This document shows positions 44,095 through 52,850 of a stretch of 54,852 nucleotides of DNA, in pieces; within the stretch, counting starts at the first letter, position 1; the number at the start of each line of letters is the position of its first letter. The notes beneath the pieces were generated by a model. It was not told the origin of the DNA. It searched no databases and worked only from the letters and a program-made list of their open reading frames with translations. Source of the stretch: Prevotellaceae bacterium (GTDB taxonomy: Bacteria > Bacteroidota > Bacteroidia > Bacteroidales > UBA932); the NCBI GenBank assembly GCA_031255195.1, contig JAIRSZ010000002.1:1-54852 (forward strand). The letters run 5' to 3'. Position numbers and translations under genes: made by a program.

Positions 44095-46476
44095 TCAAAA
44101 CGGGTATCCTATGGCCAGAAAGAGCGTGTTTGTTTTGCCCAAAAACCACCGGGAGGGCGACACGAAGTACGCTCCTGAGAGCGCGGGGTCGTGCAGCCTG
44201 ATGCCGTAGTCAACTCTTGCCACCAGCACGTTGAAGTTAAACCTCAACCCCAGCCCCCAGCTGATGGCCACCTGGTCTGGGAAGTCGCGCAGGGAGAACT
44301 GCGCACCGGCGCGGGAGTCTTCCTTTCGGATAGCCCAAATGTTGCCGGCGTCGGCAAAGATGGCGCCCTCCAGCTTCCCCAGTAGCTTGAAGCGGTACTC
44401 GATGTTCATCTCCAGCCGCATGTCGGCAAGGTGGTTGAGCAGGTTGTTGCTCTCGCTGTAGGAGCCTGGTCCAAGTGTTCGTATTTGCCAACCTCTCATG
44501 CTGTTGGCGCCTCCGCTGTAGTACATCTTGTCGAACGGAAGCGAGAGCGAGTTGCCGTAGGCAATGCCCACTCCGGCCAGAGTGCGAAAGGCAACGGAGG
44601 AGGCCGTGCTGAAAGTTTTCAGGCGGGTGTAGGCGATGTCTAACTTTACGAACTGTGCAAACCTTGTGCCTCCCACCTCGTAGGCGGTGCGCCCTGTCCC
44701 GTCGGTTATCTTTGGGGTTGCGCCAAAGACCTTGTACCCAAGCCACAGCAGGTTGCCCTTGAGGTCAACGTCGAAGCGCAGGTGCTGCTGCAAGGCGCCG
44801 CCGTCGCCGCGCGTGCTGTATATGGCCGACGAGGACGACCCCAGCAGGAAAGCGTCCTGATAGGAGTTGAGCATGTAGGGGTTGGAGCGTATGCTGTTCT
44901 CGAAGGAAGATGACAGGTTAAGAATTTTTATGACGTTCATGTTCATCGTGTATATGTATATCATGTTGCCCAGGTTGCGCCACGAGTAGCCAAAGTTTAC
45001 GTCGGCCAGAGCGCGCGTGTAGTCGGGACGCTGCTGGAAGTTGCCCGAAATCGCTATTTGCGTGCGCGGGCTGTACACGTTGCGGTAAAAGTCGAAGCGG
45101 AGGGGAAAGAGTATGGTGGGCGTGTTGAGCGAAACGGAAGCCCCCAGCTCATACGAGTTTTCGGGCGCGGCGTTGGCGTAGAGCTGCACCTTCTGGAATA
45201 CCCCCGTAAAGCTCACGTCTAATATTTCGGCTCCGCGAAACAGGTTTTTGTGCTGGTGACGTCCCGTGACGGAAGCGCCGAAGAGCAGGTTTGCGCTAAG
45301 CGAAACCTCTCCGCCGTACTCGTAGCTCTGCCGCATGGAGGGTTGCAGCATGATGTCGCCGTGCAGCGGGCGGGGCAGCGTGTCGGCAAGGGACGGCGGT
45401 ACGGGCAGCTCGGCAAAGTGGATGTCCATAGACTTGAACAGGCGAAGGTTGGCAAGGTTGCGGTACGTCCGGTCAACCTCCTGCACGTTGTAGAGGTTGC
45501 CAAGCCCTATCCTGTTGTTTATGCCAATAACCTCTGGACGTAGCCCTGGTCGTTTGCCCTTGCCCGTGCAGCTGTGGCAGAGCAGGTCGAAGGATTTGCT
45601 GCGAATGGTATCCCAGCCTGCCGCCGCAGGGTCGTTGTCAACCGGCACTCTTTTGAGGCTGTTTTCGAGCGCTACCGACAGGCTTTGCACGTAGAAGCGG
45701 TGGTGGCTGCCGGAGGGGTTTTCCGGCGAAGGCTGCGCCTTTGCCACCAGAAGGGTGAGGTTGACCTCGCGGTTGCCTAAGGCGGTATCGGCGCGGTAGG
45801 TCACGTAGCCGTCGTAAAAGTTGTAGTAGCCGTGGGTGCGCATTTCGCTGGTGATGCGGCTGCTCTCCTTGCGCAGCACATCCCCGTCGAATATATCCCC
45901 AACCTTAATGAGGCTCTTCTCGGGGTTAACCACCAGCGAGGAGTCTATGCCCTCGTCCATAATGGCGTAAGACACGCTGCGAATACGGTAGGGAGTATCG
46001 AGCCTTACGCGGTAGGTGACCTCGGCTTTGCGCTTGCGGTAGGCGACCATTGCCTCGGCTGTGGAGCCGTAGTAGCCGCGGTAGCTCGCGTACTGCTCCA
46101 TGCGCTGCGCCGTGGTGATGGTCAACATGCTGTCGAAAATAACGGGCGGCTCGCCGGCGTTGCGTATCTGCCGGTTGATAAAGTTATCCTTCTCTGAGGC
46201 CATGTTGTAGAAAAGCAGGTAGAGCGGAATTTTCCAGAAAATCGTCCTGTTGGGCTGCTGCCGGATGAGCGGCGTAATATCGTTTTTGCTCAGCCCTTCG
46301 CCCTCTATTTTGAGCTTGCCCTTCGTCAGCAGATAGTCGCCCTGCGGGACGTATTTGGTGGTAGAACATGACAACGTTGCACATGCTAACACCGTTAGCA
46401 GGAACAGTCTGTGAAGTATGTGGCGTATTTGCGGTGGCGCTGACAATGTCTGCTGCAATCTTAAAAGGTTTCCCAT
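44095..46476 (-). CDS. Omp85-superfamily outer-membrane protein (BamA/TamA-like)
   Basis: 793 aa with an N-terminal signal/lipobox-like segment and a C-terminal surface-antigen-type barrel ending ...FLAIGYPF*. Confidence 0.7.
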   Translation of the reverse strand: MGNLLRLQQTLSAPPQIRHILHRLFLLTVLACATLSCSTTKYVPQGDYLLTKGKLKIEGEGLSKNDITPLIRQQPNRTIFWKIPLYLLFYNMASEKDNFINRQIRNAGEPPVIFDSMLTITTAQRMEQYASYRGYYGSTAEAMVAYRKRKAEVTYRVRLDTPYRIRSVSYAIMDEGIDSSLVVNPEKSLIKVGDIFDGDVLRKESSRITSEMRTHGYYNFYDGYVTYRADTALGNREVNLTLLVAKAQPSPENPSGSHHRFYVQSLSVALENSLKRVPVDNDPAAAGWDTIRSKSFDLLCHSCTGKGKRPGLRPEVIGINNRIGLGNLYNVQEVDRTYRNLANLRLFKSMDIHFAELPVPPSLADTLPRPLHGDIMLQPSMRQSYEYGGEVSLSANLLFGASVTGRHQHKNLFRGAEILDVSFTGVFQKVQLYANAAPENSYELGASVSLNTPTILFPLRFDFYRNVYSPRTQIAISGNFQQRPDYTRALADVNFGYSWRNLGNMIYIYTMNMNVIKILNLSSSFENSIRSNPYMLNSYQDAFLLGSSSSAIYSTRGDGGALQQHLRFDVDLKGNLLWLGYKVFGATPKITDGTGRTAYEVGGTRFAQFVKLDIAYTRLKTFSTASSVAFRTLAGVGIAYGNSLSLPFDKMYYSGGANSMRGWQIRTLGPGSYSESNNLLNHLADMRLEMNIEYRFKLLGKLEGAIFADAGNIWAIRKEDSRAGAQFSLRDFPDQVAISWGLGLRFNFNVLVARVDYGIRLHDPALSGAYFVSPSRWFLGKTNTLFLAIGYPF

Positions 46477-46606
46477 GATTCAAAAAAAATTGGCCGGCAT
46501 AGCGCGCCAATTTTTGCAGAGCAAAGATAGGAAATCAAAATCTTCTTACCCTGCTTTTTGCAAAAAATAAATCAGGCATACGGGCTAAATTGTGTAAATT
46601 TGCGGC

Positions 46607-47371
46607 ATGATAAGCAAATCAACCATAAACCTCATCGCTTCGCTGGAGCACAAAAAGTACCGCGACGAGCATGGACTGTTTGTTGCTGAGGGGGTTAAGC
46701 TGGTGAGCGAGCTCCGCGCAAGGCTCGTCCCGCACGCCATTTTTACCGTTGGCGGCAGCGTTGACGGCGGCAGCGTGGCGATTTCCGAAGCCGAGATGAA
46801 AAAAATCAGCTTTCTCAAAACCCCGTCGCCCATGCTCGGCGTTTTTCGCATCCCGCAGAGCGCTTCCCCCATCCGGCCTTCGCCCGCCAAGCTGATGCTG
46901 GCGCTCGACGGCGTGCAGGATCCCGGAAACGTGGGCGCTATCATCCGGCTGTGCGGCTGGTTTGGCGTTGACGCGCTGGCGTGCTCGCCCGGCACAGCCG
47001 ACTGCTACAGCCCAAAGGTGGTGCAGGCCTCTATGGGCGCTGTTGCGCACGTGGCGACAATCTACACCGATCTGCCCGCCTTCCTGCAGCAGGCCGCAGA
47101 AAAAAACGTACCGGTGTACGGCACGTTTCTGGAGGGGAAAAGCATCTACTGCGAGCCGCTGAGCGCCGCAGGGTGCATTGTGGTAATGGGGAGCGAGGGG
47201 AGGGGCATATCGCCCGCCGTGGCGCGGCACATCTCGCAAAGGCTGTACATACCGTCGTTCTCCGCAGGCTGCGGCGTGGAATCGCTCAACGTAACTACCG
47301 CCGCGGCGGTGGTATGCTCCGAGCTGCTAAGGAGAAGGATTGGCCGCGAATCAGGGTTTCAGGGTGCGTAG
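46607..47371 (+). CDS. TrmH/SpoU-family RNA 2'-O-methyltransferase
   Basis: SPOUT motifs LDGVQDPGNVGAIIR, VMGSEGRGIS and IPS...ESLNVTTAAAV. Confidence 0.85.
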   Translation: MISKSTINLIASLEHKKYRDEHGLFVAEGVKLVSELRARLVPHAIFTVGGSVDGGSVAISEAEMKKISFLKTPSPMLGVFRIPQSASPIRPSPAKLMLALDGVQDPGNVGAIIRLCGWFGVDALACSPGTADCYSPKVVQASMGAVAHVATIYTDLPAFLQQAAEKNVPVYGTFLEGKSIYCEPLSAAGCIVVMGSEGRGISPAVARHISQRLYIPSFSAGCGVESLNVTTAAAVVCSELLRRRIGRESGFQGA

Positions 47372-48382
47372 CGCGCCAAAGGTGCGTTTCCCGAACAAAA
47401 AGTAGCTGAGAACTATGCTGCCCCTGTAAACGCCGCTCAGGTTGCCTGCACCCGCCACGCTGAACACGCTGCGGCGACTGTTGCGCTTTCCTCTTTTCAG
47501 CTTGAAAAATGCCGCGTGCGCCTTGAATACGGCTTTGGCGTAGCTGAATTTCAGCTGTAGCAGAAATACCACTGCCGACCCCCAATCGAGCAACATGCGC
47601 AGCGCGACTACCGCAACGTGCACGCCCGAAGGCAGGTTTTTGTAGAGCATGAGCAGGTTGTTGCGGTAGTTGTAGAACAGCTTGCGGGGGTTGTTGTTGG
47701 GCAGCGTTCCGCCGCCTACGTGGAAAACCTCCGACGCTCCAACGCAAACAATATCGTATCCGGCGTTTTGCATACGCCAGCACAGGTCAATTTCCTCCAT
47801 GTGGGCAAAAAAATCGCTGTCAAATCCGCCCAGCATTTTGAACAGCTTGGTGCGCACCATCATGCAGGCGCCTGTTGCCCAAAAAATCTTGCGCGAGTCG
47901 TTGTACTGTCCCCTGTCCTGCTCTATGGTGCTCAGGATGCGCCCTCTGCAAAAGGGGTAGCCCAGCATGTCGATAAATCCGCCCGCTCCACCGGCGTACT
48001 CAAAGCATTGCGGCTGCGAGAAGGAGCGGATTTTAGGCATACATGCGCCCACTCTTTCGTATGCGTCCATGCGCTGCACCAGCGGCGTGAGCCAGCCCGG
48101 TGGTACGTTGACGTCGGAGTTGAGGAGCACGGTGTAGGTTGATTTTACCTGCGCCATAGCGCGGTTGTAGCCTCCGGTAAAGCCGAAGTTGCGGTCGAAC
48201 TTGATGAGGCGCACCTGGGGAAAGTGTTGCGCAACGTAGGCCACCGAGCCGTCGGTAGAGCCATTGTCGGCCACCACTATTTCGGCCTGCTGGTCGTCGG
48301 TGTTGGCCACGACGGAGGGCAGGAAGCGCTGCAAAAACTTTTCGCCGTTCCAGCTGAGTATTACGACAGAAATTTTGGGCAT
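47351..48382 (-). CDS. glycosyltransferase family 2
   Basis: ISVVILSWNGEKFL and VADNGSTDGS motifs. Its 3' end overlaps the convergent trmH-family gene by 21 nt. Confidence 0.85.
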   Translation of the reverse strand: MPKISVVILSWNGEKFLQRFLPSVVANTDDQQAEIVVADNGSTDGSVAYVAQHFPQVRLIKFDRNFGFTGGYNRAMAQVKSTYTVLLNSDVNVPPGWLTPLVQRMDAYERVGACMPKIRSFSQPQCFEYAGGAGGFIDMLGYPFCRGRILSTIEQDRGQYNDSRKIFWATGACMMVRTKLFKMLGGFDSDFFAHMEEIDLCWRMQNAGYDIVCVGASEVFHVGGGTLPNNNPRKLFYNYRNNLLMLYKNLPSGVHVAVVALRMLLDWGSAVVFLLQLKFSYAKAVFKAHAAFFKLKRGKRNSRRSVFSVAGAGNLSGVYRGSIVLSYFLFGKRTFGALRTLKP

Positions 48383-48390
48383 AACGAGGT

Positions 48391-49191
48391 TTAAAAGTAG
48401 CTTTCCACAATTCCCAGAAACTCCTCGTGGATGTTGGCGTTGGTGCTCACCAGCTCTTGCCCGAAGATGTAGTTATCTCCGCCCGAAAAATCGCTTACCC
48501 TGCCGCCGGCCTGCGCTACTATCAGCGATCCTGCCGCCACGTCCCAGGGCTGTAGCGAGTACTCGTAAAAGGCCTCAACGCGGCCGCAGGCAACGTAGGC
48601 CAGATCGGTAGCGGCCGACCCGAGGCGGCGCATCCCTTGCGAACGCTGCATGAAGTACGTGAGGCTTTTCATGTAGCGCTGTATCTTTTGGAAGTTGTAG
48701 TAGGGAAACCCTGTGGCAATGAGGGAATTCTCTACCGTAGTCACCTTCGACACGCTAATTTCCCGGCCGTTGAGGAAGGCTTTGCTTCCTTTCCATGCGT
48801 AGAAGCACTCGCCGGCAACGGCCTCGTACACCACGCCCAGAATGACCTCTTTGCCATCCATAAGGGCAATGCTCACGGCGTATGGCGCCAGCCCGTGGAT
48901 GAAGTTGGTTGTGCCGTCCAGCGGGTCAACCACCCAGCGGTAGCGCTCGTTGCTACAGGTGGCCGTGCCTTCTTCGGCAATAAATCCGGCTTCGGGGAGC
49001 AGGCGGCGCAGCGCGGTGACAATCTGGCGTTCTGCATTTCTATCAACGTCGCTCACGTAGTTATTCAACCCTTTTACTTCGACGCGACTTGGCGAGAAGT
49101 CCTTCCTCTCGCTGCACAAAAAAGCTCCTGTGCTGCGCGCAATGGCGCAGACGTCGGAGGTAAGTTTTTCCAAATTTTCCATAGCGTACAA
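48391..49191 (-). CDS. suhB: inositol monophosphatase family protein
   Basis: WVVDPLDGTTNF and the ...AAGSLIVAQAGG... IMPase signatures. Confidence 0.85.
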   Translation of the reverse strand: MYAMENLEKLTSDVCAIARSTGAFLCSERKDFSPSRVEVKGLNNYVSDVDRNAERQIVTALRRLLPEAGFIAEEGTATCSNERYRWVVDPLDGTTNFIHGLAPYAVSIALMDGKEVILGVVYEAVAGECFYAWKGSKAFLNGREISVSKVTTVENSLIATGFPYYNFQKIQRYMKSLTYFMQRSQGMRRLGSAATDLAYVACGRVEAFYEYSLQPWDVAAGSLIVAQAGGRVSDFSGGDNYIFGQELVSTNANIHEEFLGIVESYF

Positions 49192-49221
49192 TATGATTTA
49201 CAGCTAAGCAAGTAATTTGCA

Positions 49222-49229
49222 CAAAAATA
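49222..49229 (-). promoter_or_regulatory. -7 box TATTTTTG upstream of suhB
   Basis: Minus-strand TATTTTTG, about 31 nt upstream of the start at 49191. Confidence 0.4.
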
Positions 49230-49277
49230 GAAAGAAAAATTGAAATGCAGGCAAAAAAATTGTCCGTATTTATTCAT

Positions 49278-49304
49278 AATGCAAATCAAAGGTTGAAAGT
49301 GTTT
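49278..49304 (-). repeat. copy B of the conserved 27-nt motif AAACAYTTTCAACCTTTGATTYGCATT
   Basis: The minus strand reads aaacactttcaacctttgatttgcatt, matching 21048-21074 at 25 of 27 positions. Confidence 0.8.
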
Positions 49305-49337
49305 AGCATCAGGTGTATATACAGGCGCATAATCGTA

Positions 49338-49360
49338 TCTCCTGCAAGATTTGCAGGAGA
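49338..49360. other. perfect 10-bp stem / 3-nt loop hairpin at the island boundary
   Basis: tctcctgcaa-gat-ttgcaggaga, followed by the T-rich ctttccttcttctgccttttttt. Confidence 0.7.
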
Positions 49361-49365
49361 CTTTC

Positions 49366-49600
49366 CTTCTTCTGCCTTTTTTTCTGAGAAAGATGGTTGA
49401 ACGAATACACCAATGGCCTCATACGCCAATATATCACTAAAAAACAAATCCTTACAAATTTAAAAGGCAGTGATATCCAACTTTTTTTTAATCCAAAATC
49501 AACAAAAAACCAAGAAAATCACTTAACTTTGCTGCGCCGAAAGACAGGTTTTATAGAAAAGTTGCATTGTCTACCTTGGATATGCATTTGTTTTATTCTG
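49366..49600 (+). mobile_element. IS30-family transposase, C-terminal stump only, frameshifted (pseudogene)
   Basis: ERWLNEYTNGLIRQYITKK... matches the conserved IS30 ...W(E/Q)RG.NENTNGLLRQYFPK block. After a frame change around the T8 run (49482-49489), KINKKPRKSLNFAAPKDRFY matches ...LN.RPRK.L.F.TP.E.F. The DDE catalytic region is absent. Confidence 0.7.
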
Positions 49601-49891
49601 TTTTAACGGCAGGATTGATAACCGATGCTGTGAGCGCAAATGGAAAGATTGTGTTGGAAGTAGAAGTAGGAAGAGCGTGTGTTGGCAAACAGTTTCTCAG
49701 AGATGTATTTTAGGTTTGTATGATGCCAAGATGTAGATTACTGATGCTATTCGTCCGCAACGATTATTGTGGAAACAATGATTTTTCAAAAAATTAATTC
49801 TTTGAAATGCTGTATATTAATGGCAGATTACAGTTGTTATTAAAATGGATTGTTTTGATTGGGCATTAAAAATACATAATATAAATAAAAC

Positions 49892-51988
49892 ATGAGCATA
49901 GAAAAAGGAATTATAACACGCCGCAAAAGTGATAAAAAAGTTGAAACACAACAATTGTTTCAACAACTTATTCAACCCGAAGAATATGTTGGGGATTTGT
50001 ATTCTATTAACTACGAAACAGCACGAGTAATAATACACGACTTTCACCGTGCAAAAGTTGGCGGAATACCAAGTTTGAGTTTCTTGATTGCTACAAGAAT
50101 TGACCCAAATAATTCTGACATTGATTTTAAGGAAGAGGATGCCTCTTTTATTCTTTTGCGTGTCATGGATTCTGCGATCTTACCACAAGACGGCGAAGCG
50201 GAACGTATAAGAGTAGAAACAGCCCAAAGGATTAGTGGCGAAACGGATAAACATTGGGACGAAACAGGTTCAATGGACTCAAAAACGAAGCATTATTTGA
50301 GTTTTGCAGGTATTCAATGCAGAATTATTGGTACATTTTTTCTTGAAGAAAACCCGCAAAACAACGAATCGCCATTGAATTTAAAATTTGGCAGTGATAT
50401 TTCAAATTACTACCCAAATAGAGGATTAAAGGTTTATAAGCCCAATGGCAAAGCGCTTGAATTGATTGTAAATTATTCCGACCCTTCTAATATTCAGGCA
50501 AATATTGAAAAATATGGCGGAAATACGGAACGAGTACGTCTTGGCGAAGTTCGTTATGCCTCGACAAACAGAAAATATCAGCATATTGATGATGTTCCTG
50601 TTTATATTTATCCTGCTGATTTACTTTCTCAAAAATCCGCACTTTTTGGAATGACAAGAACCGGTAAATCCAACACTACAAAAATTATTGCAAAATCAGT
50701 ATTTGAGTTAAGACGGCAAAAAAATGGAAATGTGCCGTTAAGAATTGGACAAATTATTTTTGACCCAAATGGTGAGTATGCGAATGAAAATGTGCAGGAT
50801 AATAATTCTGCATTGAAAAATGTGTGGAATTTATTACCCGAAAAACGAAAAGAAGATGTCGTTACTTATGGAATTACGCAACACCCGAATGATCCTGATA
50901 GAATACGAATGTTGCTCAACTTCTATCTTGATGAAAATGTATCTATTGGTAAAGAAATTATCAACTCTTTGTTATCCGATGACACAACAATATACATAAA
51001 GAATTTTTCACAAGTCAATTTGGAAAAACCGGACGAAAATGGTGTTGGCGTAACGACAAGATATAAAAGGCGAATTTTAGCATATCGGTCTGTCTTGGCA
51101 AAAGCGGGTTTTCCTGTGCCTAAAAAGTTTACTGTTTCTACAAAAGATCTATTTAATAAGGACTTGTTGTCTGCAATGGATAACAGTCAAAGTGATAATT
51201 CAGTAGATTATAAATCTGCTGCAAAAGTATTTGGAACCGATAATCCTACTTTACAACAATTGGCAGGGGCTTTTGAATCGCTTGATAAGTTTATCAGGGA
51301 AAATAAGGAATATAAAACTTTTGAGAATAATTATGTGCAAAAATCAAAATCGGGCAATACTTGGGCTGATGAAGATTTGAAAAAGATTATTGGTGTTTTT
51401 CAATATCCAAATGGCACAAGAAAAATCGGCAAAGCGGTAGAGCAACATAGCGCAGATACGTCAAGTGATTATGCAGAAGATATTTACAATCATTTAATTC
51501 AGGGGAAATTGATAATTATTGACCAATCAACCGGCGATACTGAACTCAATAAATCTTCTGCAGATAGAATTATTAATAAGATATTTAATGGCAATAAAGC
51601 ACAATTTATAAAGGGTAATACAAAAATTCCCGAAATACTTGTTTATATAGAAGAAGCGCATAACATCTTACCGGCAGGAAATGATTTAGATACAAAAAAC
51701 ATTTGGGTGCGAACAGCCAAAGAAGGTGCTAAATACCGTATCGGAATGGTTTATGCCACACAGGAAGTTAGCAGTATTCAAAAGAATATTCTCAAAAATA
51801 CTGCGAATTGGTTTATAAGCCACTTAAATAATGCCGATGAAACAAAAGAATTAAGCAAATACTATGATTTTGACGATTTTGTGCCGTCAATAAGACGAGC
51901 GCAAGACAAAGGATTTTTGCGTGTAAAAACTTTGAGCAATCTATTTGTGATACCTGTTCAAGTAGATAAATTTGAAATAAACATATAG
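49892..51988 (+). CDS. HerA/FtsK-superfamily ATPase (HerA-like, DUF87-type)
   Basis: N-terminal barrel-like segment (YVGDLYSINYETARVIIHDFHRAKVGGIPSLSFLIATR). Walker A is GMTRTGKS (50648-50671). The Walker B-like motif is ILVYIEEAH (51635-51661). Downstream, RIGMVYATQEVSSIQKNILKNTANWFISHL is typical of the HerA ..TQRPS....vl.n....i..rl block. Confidence 0.8.
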   Translation: MSIEKGIITRRKSDKKVETQQLFQQLIQPEEYVGDLYSINYETARVIIHDFHRAKVGGIPSLSFLIATRIDPNNSDIDFKEEDASFILLRVMDSAILPQDGEAERIRVETAQRISGETDKHWDETGSMDSKTKHYLSFAGIQCRIIGTFFLEENPQNNESPLNLKFGSDISNYYPNRGLKVYKPNGKALELIVNYSDPSNIQANIEKYGGNTERVRLGEVRYASTNRKYQHIDDVPVYIYPADLLSQKSALFGMTRTGKSNTTKIIAKSVFELRRQKNGNVPLRIGQIIFDPNGEYANENVQDNNSALKNVWNLLPEKRKEDVVTYGITQHPNDPDRIRMLLNFYLDENVSIGKEIINSLLSDDTTIYIKNFSQVNLEKPDENGVGVTTRYKRRILAYRSVLAKAGFPVPKKFTVSTKDLFNKDLLSAMDNSQSDNSVDYKSAAKVFGTDNPTLQQLAGAFESLDKFIRENKEYKTFENNYVQKSKSGNTWADEDLKKIIGVFQYPNGTRKIGKAVEQHSADTSSDYAEDIYNHLIQGKLIIIDQSTGDTELNKSSADRIINKIFNGNKAQFIKGNTKIPEILVYIEEAHNILPAGNDLDTKNIWVRTAKEGAKYRIGMVYATQEVSSIQKNILKNTANWFISHLNNADETKELSKYYDFDDFVPSIRRAQDKGFLRVKTLSNLFVIPVQVDKFEINI

Positions 51989-51993
51989 GAAAT

Positions 51994-52839
51994 ATGAAAC
52001 CTCAGACAATACAAATTTTTCTTCCTGATGGCAATCCAACAGGTATTAAAGTCGCAGAGCTTACGAATAGAATAATAACGGCAATATTAATGCCTCGTAA
52101 TAAAATACAAGAAGCTGAAAAACGAGAAGAAATCAAAAAGCATGGTATTTATTTTCTATTCGGAGAGATAGAAGACAAGGCAAAGCCATTGGTTTATATT
52201 GGAGAGACAGATGATTGCTTGGAAAGAATAAAAACACATAATAGGAATAAGGATTTTTGGAATTATGCTGTAATGATTACTTCAAAAACTAACTCTTTTA
52301 CAAAATCACATGTGAAATATTTAGAATATTTAAGTATCAAAAGCGCCATTGACACTAGTAGATATGACACCGATAATCAAGTAACTCCAACAAAACCATT
52401 TGTAACAGAAAGTATGGAAGCAGATTTACTTGACAACTATGATACTCTTAAAGTATTACTTGCTACATTAGGATTTCCTATTTTTGAGGAGGTCAGAATA
52501 TCCTCAAAAAAATCCAAAAATTTATTTTACTGCAAAACAAGGGATATAATGGCTGAAGGAAATTTAATAGATGATGGCTTTGTTGTATATAAAAACTCAA
52601 AAGCAGTCCCAAATGCTACTAATGGATGCATGAAATGGGTAATCGAATTGAGGGAAAAATTAAAAGAAAATGGAATACTGAAAGAAGAAAAAGGAATACT
52701 ATCATTTTTATCAGATTACATTTTTAATTCGCCAAGTGCGGCATCGTCTGCAGTTTTGGGACGTCATTCAAATGGCTGGACTGAATGGAAAAATAAAGTA
52801 AACAATAAGACTTTGGATGAATTATATCGTAAATCATAA
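51994..52839 (+). CDS. GIY-YIG nuclease-fold protein with C-terminal DUF4357-like domain
   Basis: GIYFLFG (GIY) ... LVYIGETDDCLERIKTH (YIG + Arg) ... VKYLEYL (Glu). The C-terminus has GFVVYKNSKAV....FNSPSAASSAVLGRHSNGWTEWK, the DUF4357 signature. The start is 5 nt after the HerA-like stop. Confidence 0.75.
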   Translation: MKPQTIQIFLPDGNPTGIKVAELTNRIITAILMPRNKIQEAEKREEIKKHGIYFLFGEIEDKAKPLVYIGETDDCLERIKTHNRNKDFWNYAVMITSKTNSFTKSHVKYLEYLSIKSAIDTSRYDTDNQVTPTKPFVTESMEADLLDNYDTLKVLLATLGFPIFEEVRISSKKSKNLFYCKTRDIMAEGNLIDDGFVVYKNSKAVPNATNGCMKWVIELREKLKENGILKEEKGILSFLSDYIFNSPSAASSAVLGRHSNGWTEWKNKVNNKTLDELYRKS

Positions 52840-52850
52840 ATTGCAATGTT

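Noticed and set aside
49609-49713. An open frame reading ...AGLITDAVSANGKIVLEVEVGRACVGKQFLRDVF*, which reminded me of a PD-(D/E)xK (BamHI/BglII-like E-x-E) core and so a possible restriction-endonuclease remnant upstream of the HerA-like gene.
   Set aside because: The stretch is only about 35 residues and has no start codon. It is in the same frame as the IS30 tail, and the motif match is too short to distinguish from chance. A BLASTX or HHpred search of 49600-49890 would settle it.
49817-50047. 76-aa minus-strand ORF overlapping the HerA-like gene start.
   Set aside because: It is a hydrophobic, low-complexity product of AT-rich sequence. It overlaps a well-supported CDS and its upstream region.
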